Notes under the pieces: generated by a model
Databases searched by the model: none
Seen by the model: the letters and a program-made list of their open reading frames with translations, nothing else
What the model was told of the DNA's origin: nothing
Program-made: the position numbers and the translations under genes
Assembly (NCBI RefSeq): GCF_009914755.1
Contig: NC_060935.1
DNA length: 64,000 bases
DNA from: the human T2T-CHM13v2.0 reference genome, Homo sapiens
Strand: one strand, 5' to 3'
Shown: positions 58,571-64,000 of the stretch, piece by piece
How the letters are laid out: every line of letters starts with the position of its first letter
Position numbering within the stretch: the stretch's first letter is position 1

Positions 58571-58986
58571 TGTACTAGTTTACTAGGGCTGCCATAACAA
58601 ATACCACAGACTGGGTATACCACAAACAAATATCACAGAAATTTATTTTCTTTGAAATTTGGAGGCTAGAAATCCAAGATCAAGATGTCAGCAGGTTTGG
58701 ATTCTTCTGAGGACTCTTGCCTTGGCTCGCAGACAGCTGCCTTCTCACTGTGCTCTCATACAGCTCTTCTTTGGTGTGCATGCATCCCTGGCATCTCTTT
58801 AAGTTTATTAATCTCCTCTTCCTGTAAGGACTTCAGTCAGAAGAATTAGGGCCCACCCTATGAGCCTCATTTTAACTTAATTACCTCTTTAAAGACACTG
58901 TCTCCAAATACAGTCACGTTCTCAGATACAGGGACTCAGGGTTTCAACACAGGAAGTTTGAAGGGGGCACAATTTAATCCGTAACA
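58571..58986 (-). mobile_element. MLT1B-like solo LTR
   Basis: tgtactagttt..agggctgccataacaaataccacagactggg..tttaacttaattacctctttaaagac..tccgtaaca; TSD ctctt/ctatt. Confidence 0.9.
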
Positions 58987-61129
58987 CTATTAATTTAAAG
59001 CTCAATGCTTAGGTCTGGAATAGTCAATTAGAGGAGAGCCCAAGCTCCTTGACACTCAAGACCATGCAAGCACTGCAGCAGTGGCCACTGGACACAAACA
59101 CAGACTGTTCATGGAAAGCCTGACACCCACCATGGCCTTGTCATGCCTTGGGGCTCAAAGGAACCTGGGGAGGCACAGGCTTTTGGGAAAAGGAAGAAAA
59201 TTCGGACAGGGGCCTACCTCACTCTATTTCAGAACTTGGATAGGATGCATATTCACCACCCACTGCTCAAATAATGGGGCCAATTTGGGTGGGACTTGAG
59301 TCTTTGCTTATACCCAGAAAGGTTGAAAATGGTTGGTGGGATACTGTGTTTGGTTAGACTTACAGCCAGGTGAAGAATGGCCTTGTGTCTAAAACAATCA
59401 CTGCACTGGAAGGAGGCAATTATAAAATTCCCTGAACGTTTATTTGCTTGCTGTTTCTTAAGCATAAGCAAACTGAAAAGACACCTATTCTAGAGTTAGG
59501 AGTTGCTGTTATTTGTCATGTCTTTGCTTAGTTAAGACTTGGGACACTAAAGGTCAACATAGTGAGGTACAAAGTTGAATCAGACATGGTTCAAAAGAGA
59601 GAACTGTCTAGTAGAACAGATAAAGCATGCTCTTAAATTAGATCAAATGGCATAACTCCTGACAGTCTGTTGTGAAGTGTAGAGTGCCACACAAAGGTAG
59701 GTTTTTCTCATCAATCACTGTAACACAGTATTCTCGATGCTGGTGAAGCAGAGACAAAGTGCAATGAGAGATCAGAAGATGACTTCATCCCTATTAGCAT
59801 CTTGCAGTGTTGGGCCTGAGTAGACACAATAAATATACATTGACAGGCACCATTAGGCCCAGGACTGTCTTTATTCTTCTGCCCTCCTGGACTCTAAGGA
59901 GAAGATCCAGCTTCTTTCTTCAGATTTTCACCTCTCTTCTTTTAGATGATACCCATAACATGATGCCAATAGCATCATGATGTAATACAAGAACTTGAGT
60001 CAAATCCTGACTCCACCGATTGCCAATTACGTGACTGAAGCATTGTTATCAGTGGTCCTCTGTGAACTGAGATATTTTCTACCTTATATTCTTTATTGTG
60101 TACATTAAATGCAATCATTATACATATAGCACAGAGCACAGTTCTTGGTACAAAGTAAATTATTACTTCCAGTTTTTCTCTTTGAGCTTGCAGGGCATTT
60201 CAGGAGGTGCAATATAGAACCCTTAGTAAATTGCAAGTCTGTTTTCTCCCTCTCTTACCACACCCACAATGAGTTTAACTCTGAACTCAGGTCAAAGCAG
60301 TAAGGGTAATAGCTGCCAGGAGTTTATGGGAGTTTGTGTGCACACAGGGGTCAGGTGTTCTCAGGCACTGTCTACTGCTTGACCACCTTTTCTTCCCTCA
60401 CAGTTTGTTTTTGTTGCAGAGTATAACAAATTCCTGGGACTGTGATCACCTGGTTGATCACCCAGTTTTAAGGTACTGGGGTAAGCTCTGCATCAGAAGG
60501 AAGAAGATTTTGACTCAATTTCACCTCAGTAACTTTCTATGACTTTGGACAATGTACTAAACTTCACCAAGCCTCAGTTTCCTTATCTGTGATGGCCATG
60601 TACTAACAGAACTGATTACAAGGTCTTGGTATATGAATTGAATTGAATAACACTTTTGTATGATTATCCTTGTTATTATTAGTCATTCAATTATTTAGAC
60701 AGTAATAGTATGAAAAATGAAAATTGAGTTTGAAGGCCACAGACTCAATAAACGAGTTTATCATAAAAACAACACAAAATTTGCCTAGAAGTATTCATTC
60801 GTGTCTACTGTATGTTTATTACTTTTGACTACTTAGAGAAAGACACGGGCTTGTAATGCCAGGTTAATATTTTTGTTACTTGAGAAAGGTTTGTAAAACA
60901 AATTGAATTGTACAGAGGAGAAACAGTTTAGATGACTGTGGTTTAGGTTATATTATAATATGTTATTTGGAAATGGCAAATAAGGGTAAGGGAAGGACAT
61001 GTTATTTAATGATTCCTCTACCCAGCCGTTCTTTTTCTTTTATTCATTTGTTCAACAAACATGTAGAAAAAGAGTTAGCAAAGAAGACTGAGTAGATAGA
61101 TAAAAATAAAACAGAGAGTTTTTCACTTA

Positions 61130-61440
61130 TTTATTCGCTCAGTTAATTAACAATTTAGTTTTTGCTATGGGCCATACCTTCTCTGAGATACTAGTGAAAC
61201 GCTGGTAAATAAAGCACTTATAATCCCTGCTTTTATGTAGCTTATGGCCTATTTGATTCCAGAGGAGGTAACAAACACTAACTAAGAAAATGAGTAATTT
61301 AAGCATATTAAAAAAATGAAGGAAATGAGGAGTGCTGGTAGGTAATAATGATGTAGGTATATGTGTGGGGCCCTACTTATATAAAGTGATTGGGAGGGTA
61401 ACTGAAGAAGAAAGATGTATGCCAAATTCTGAGTGAGGGT
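61130..61440 (-). mobile_element. L2 3' fragment
   Basis: ttattcgctcagtt..tgctatgggcca..atccctgcttttatgtagctta. Confidence 0.55.
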
Positions 61441-61459
61441 TATTATTAGAACATTATGT

Positions 61460-62260
61460 CTTCAGCTTCTAGATGAAGCTGGAAAGCTGAGTTCTTTTAG
61501 GTGACAGAATGTATGCCATGCAGAAATAACCAAATAAATTCTTGTTTAATTTTTAAAAACTCTTTGTGCTATAAGTACCGTTTTATATCAAAAGTGAATC
61601 AATCACCTTAGCTAGTAAAACAAACAGGTACATGCAGTACAACAGGTGAGATTTTCTAAAATCTCTAAAAATACTTGACACTGCATTAATAACAGTAAAC
61701 AGTTTTTAAATTCATGGCCAAACTAACTGGCACTTACAGTCACTCTCTCTTGCATATGCACACAAAGAAATTTTCAGAGAGCACAAATACAGAGGGAGAA
61801 AACCAGAGTGATAAATAAATGCTGAGTGGTTAGCTTGCAGGTATTTGCCAAGACCGGGTATCCAGAGTCTTCAGTTTTAATGGCTTCAGAGCCACAAAGG
61901 ATGCATAATTAGACCTGAGGACTCCTACATATATCTGGAACCTCAGAGGCTACATCACCAGTAAGGGCAGTTGTGAGTGGGGGTGTGGAGGCTGCCACCA
62001 AAGAAAGCCACAGAAGAACTCTGTGTCGGCATTGGCTCTCAGGGTAGAGAAAAAAATGTACCTGAGAATTTGTAACTATAGGCCATACCTCAAGGAGGTT
62101 TGGAATTTGAAACTATGCTGTGTAGTTTGTGAAACCTCAAGCATAAAATGTCCTAAAAGTGATCTTGGGTTGGTGGTGCCTTAGGATTCCTGGTAGTAGT
62201 GGAAATGTAAATTTGCTTTAGAGAAACTAAGTCATCAAGAATGAGAAGAACACAAATTGC
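61460..62260 (+). mobile_element. Ancient L1ME/HAL1-type 5' region; ORF1-like pieces continue around 62880-62964 and 63958-64000
   Basis: gggtagagaaaaaaa..cctgagaatttgtaac, cctggtagtagtggaaatgtaaatttgc, aaagaacca..gaacttccagaaataaaa. Confidence 0.5.
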
Positions 62261-62448
62261 AGAATTAGATACCAGAGACTTCATATTTAAGGTGTTTTCA
62301 GTCTAGGAAACGGCAACAGGCAATTAAACACAATATGATAACATTCTACAATAAGATTGTGAAGAGATTCCTAGAGGGAAGGACTAAACCCAAACTTAGA
62401 AAATCGAGTAAGTCTTCCCAGGTGAAGTCATGTTTAAAAATAAATGGG

Positions 62449-62813
<365 letters not shown>

Positions 62814-62966
62814 TCATATAGCACCACTTCTGCCTTAATCTATTATGAGATTATTACATAGAATATAAGAATATTAGAAATGTTTAAAAAATAAAAAGTG
62901 AAATAAAAATATGAGACTGGAATATGATTATATAAGTGGTTCAAAGTATTTGAAAAGAACCATATG

Positions 62967-63955
62967 CAGTGTGTTGCATAACATTTCAGTCATGGACCAC
63001 ACATACAATGGCAGTCCCATAAAAGCATCATGGAGGTAAAAAAATTCCTAATGCCTAATATTTACTATACTATACTTTTTATTGTTGTTTTAGAGTGTGC
63101 TCCTTCTACTCATATATGTATTATAAATAGCTTCAGGAAGGTCCTTCAGAAGCTACCCCAGAAGAAGGCATTGTTATCACAGGAGATTACAGTTATTGAT
63201 CCTGAACACCTTCCACTGAAACAACATGTAGAGGTGGGAGATGGTGATATCAATTATCTTGGCACTGTGTAGGCCTAGGCTGATGTGCCCACTTATGCCT
63301 TAGTTTCTCACAAAAAAAATTTAAGAAGTAAAAAATTTTTAAATAGAAAAAGGCTTATAAAGATACAAAAAAATTTTTGTTTAACTGTGCAAAGTGTTTG
63401 TGTTTTAAACTAAGTGTTTATTACAAAAAGTCAAACAAGTTAAAATGTTTATGAAGTAAAAAAGTTACAGTAAGCCAAGGTTAATTTATTGAAGAAAACA
63501 TTACAAAAGAAATTTAGCCAAGCCTAATTGTACAGTGATCATAAAGTTTACAGTAGTGTACAGTAATGTCCTAGGCCTTCACATTTACTCGCGACTCATT
63601 CACTAACTCACCCAGAGCCATCCGGTCCTGTAAACTCCATTCATGGTAAGTGCCCTATATAGATATACTAGATTTTATCTTTTGTACCATATTTTTCCTA
63701 TACCTTTTCTATGTTGAGATAAGTTTAAATATATAAATACTTACCATTGTGTTACAACTGCTGATAGTATACAGTACAATAATATACTGTACAGGTTTAT
63801 AGCCTAGGAGCAGTAGGCTGTACCATATAGCCTAAGTGTGTAGTAGGCTATGCCATCTAGGTTTGTGTAAGTACACTCTATGATGTTTGTACAACAAAAC
63901 TGCCTAAAGACATATTTCTTAGAATGTATCCCTATCATTAAATGACGTAAAACTA
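62967..63955 (+). mobile_element. Tigger3b-like non-autonomous DNA transposon
   Basis: cagtg..gcataac..ggaccacacatacaatggcagtcccataa...tagcctaggagcagtaggct..taggtttgtgtaagtacactctatgatg..cattaaatgacg. Confidence 0.88.
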
Positions 63956-64000
63956 TGTCGAACTTCCAGAAATAAAATAGTTAAAAAACCACCCCAAACC

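Noticed and set aside
59959-59979. 8-bp stem catgatgc-caata-gcatcatg
   Set aside because: Chance-level

Overview
Primate (human-like) non-coding DNA, intronic or intergenic; the host locus cannot be named from sequence alone. I find no host protein-coding exon, intact structural RNA gene or CRISPR array. Every ORF with a recognisable product comes from a transposon (L1 ORF1/ORF2 fragments, Tigger1 transposase fragments, Alu read-throughs). The window is a layered record of mobile elements: a full-length L1PA7/8 and an MSTA solo LTR inside an older L1PA15/16 (2953-13690); a Tigger1 carrying an L1MA tail and an Alu; an L1PA3-like 3' fragment; an L1MA with a 5' inversion carrying a MER4D LTR that itself carries an AluY; about a dozen solo LTRs; several hAT/Tigger non-autonomous elements; six Alus; and many MIR/L2 relics. 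I do not see a previously undescribed biological system. The best second-look items are an ORF0-like antisense ORF in the L1PA7/8 5' UTR, a decayed U6 retrocopy (20141-20201), an AluY with two internal deletions and no TSD, a perfect 57-bp tandem duplication inside another AluY, the inverted pairing of those two AluYs, a twin-priming-type inversion in an old L1MA, and a perfect 26-bp palindrome (54169-54194). Subfamily names come from remembered consensus sequences and need RepeatMasker/Dfam confirmation. TSDs and internal repeats were read directly from the sequence.
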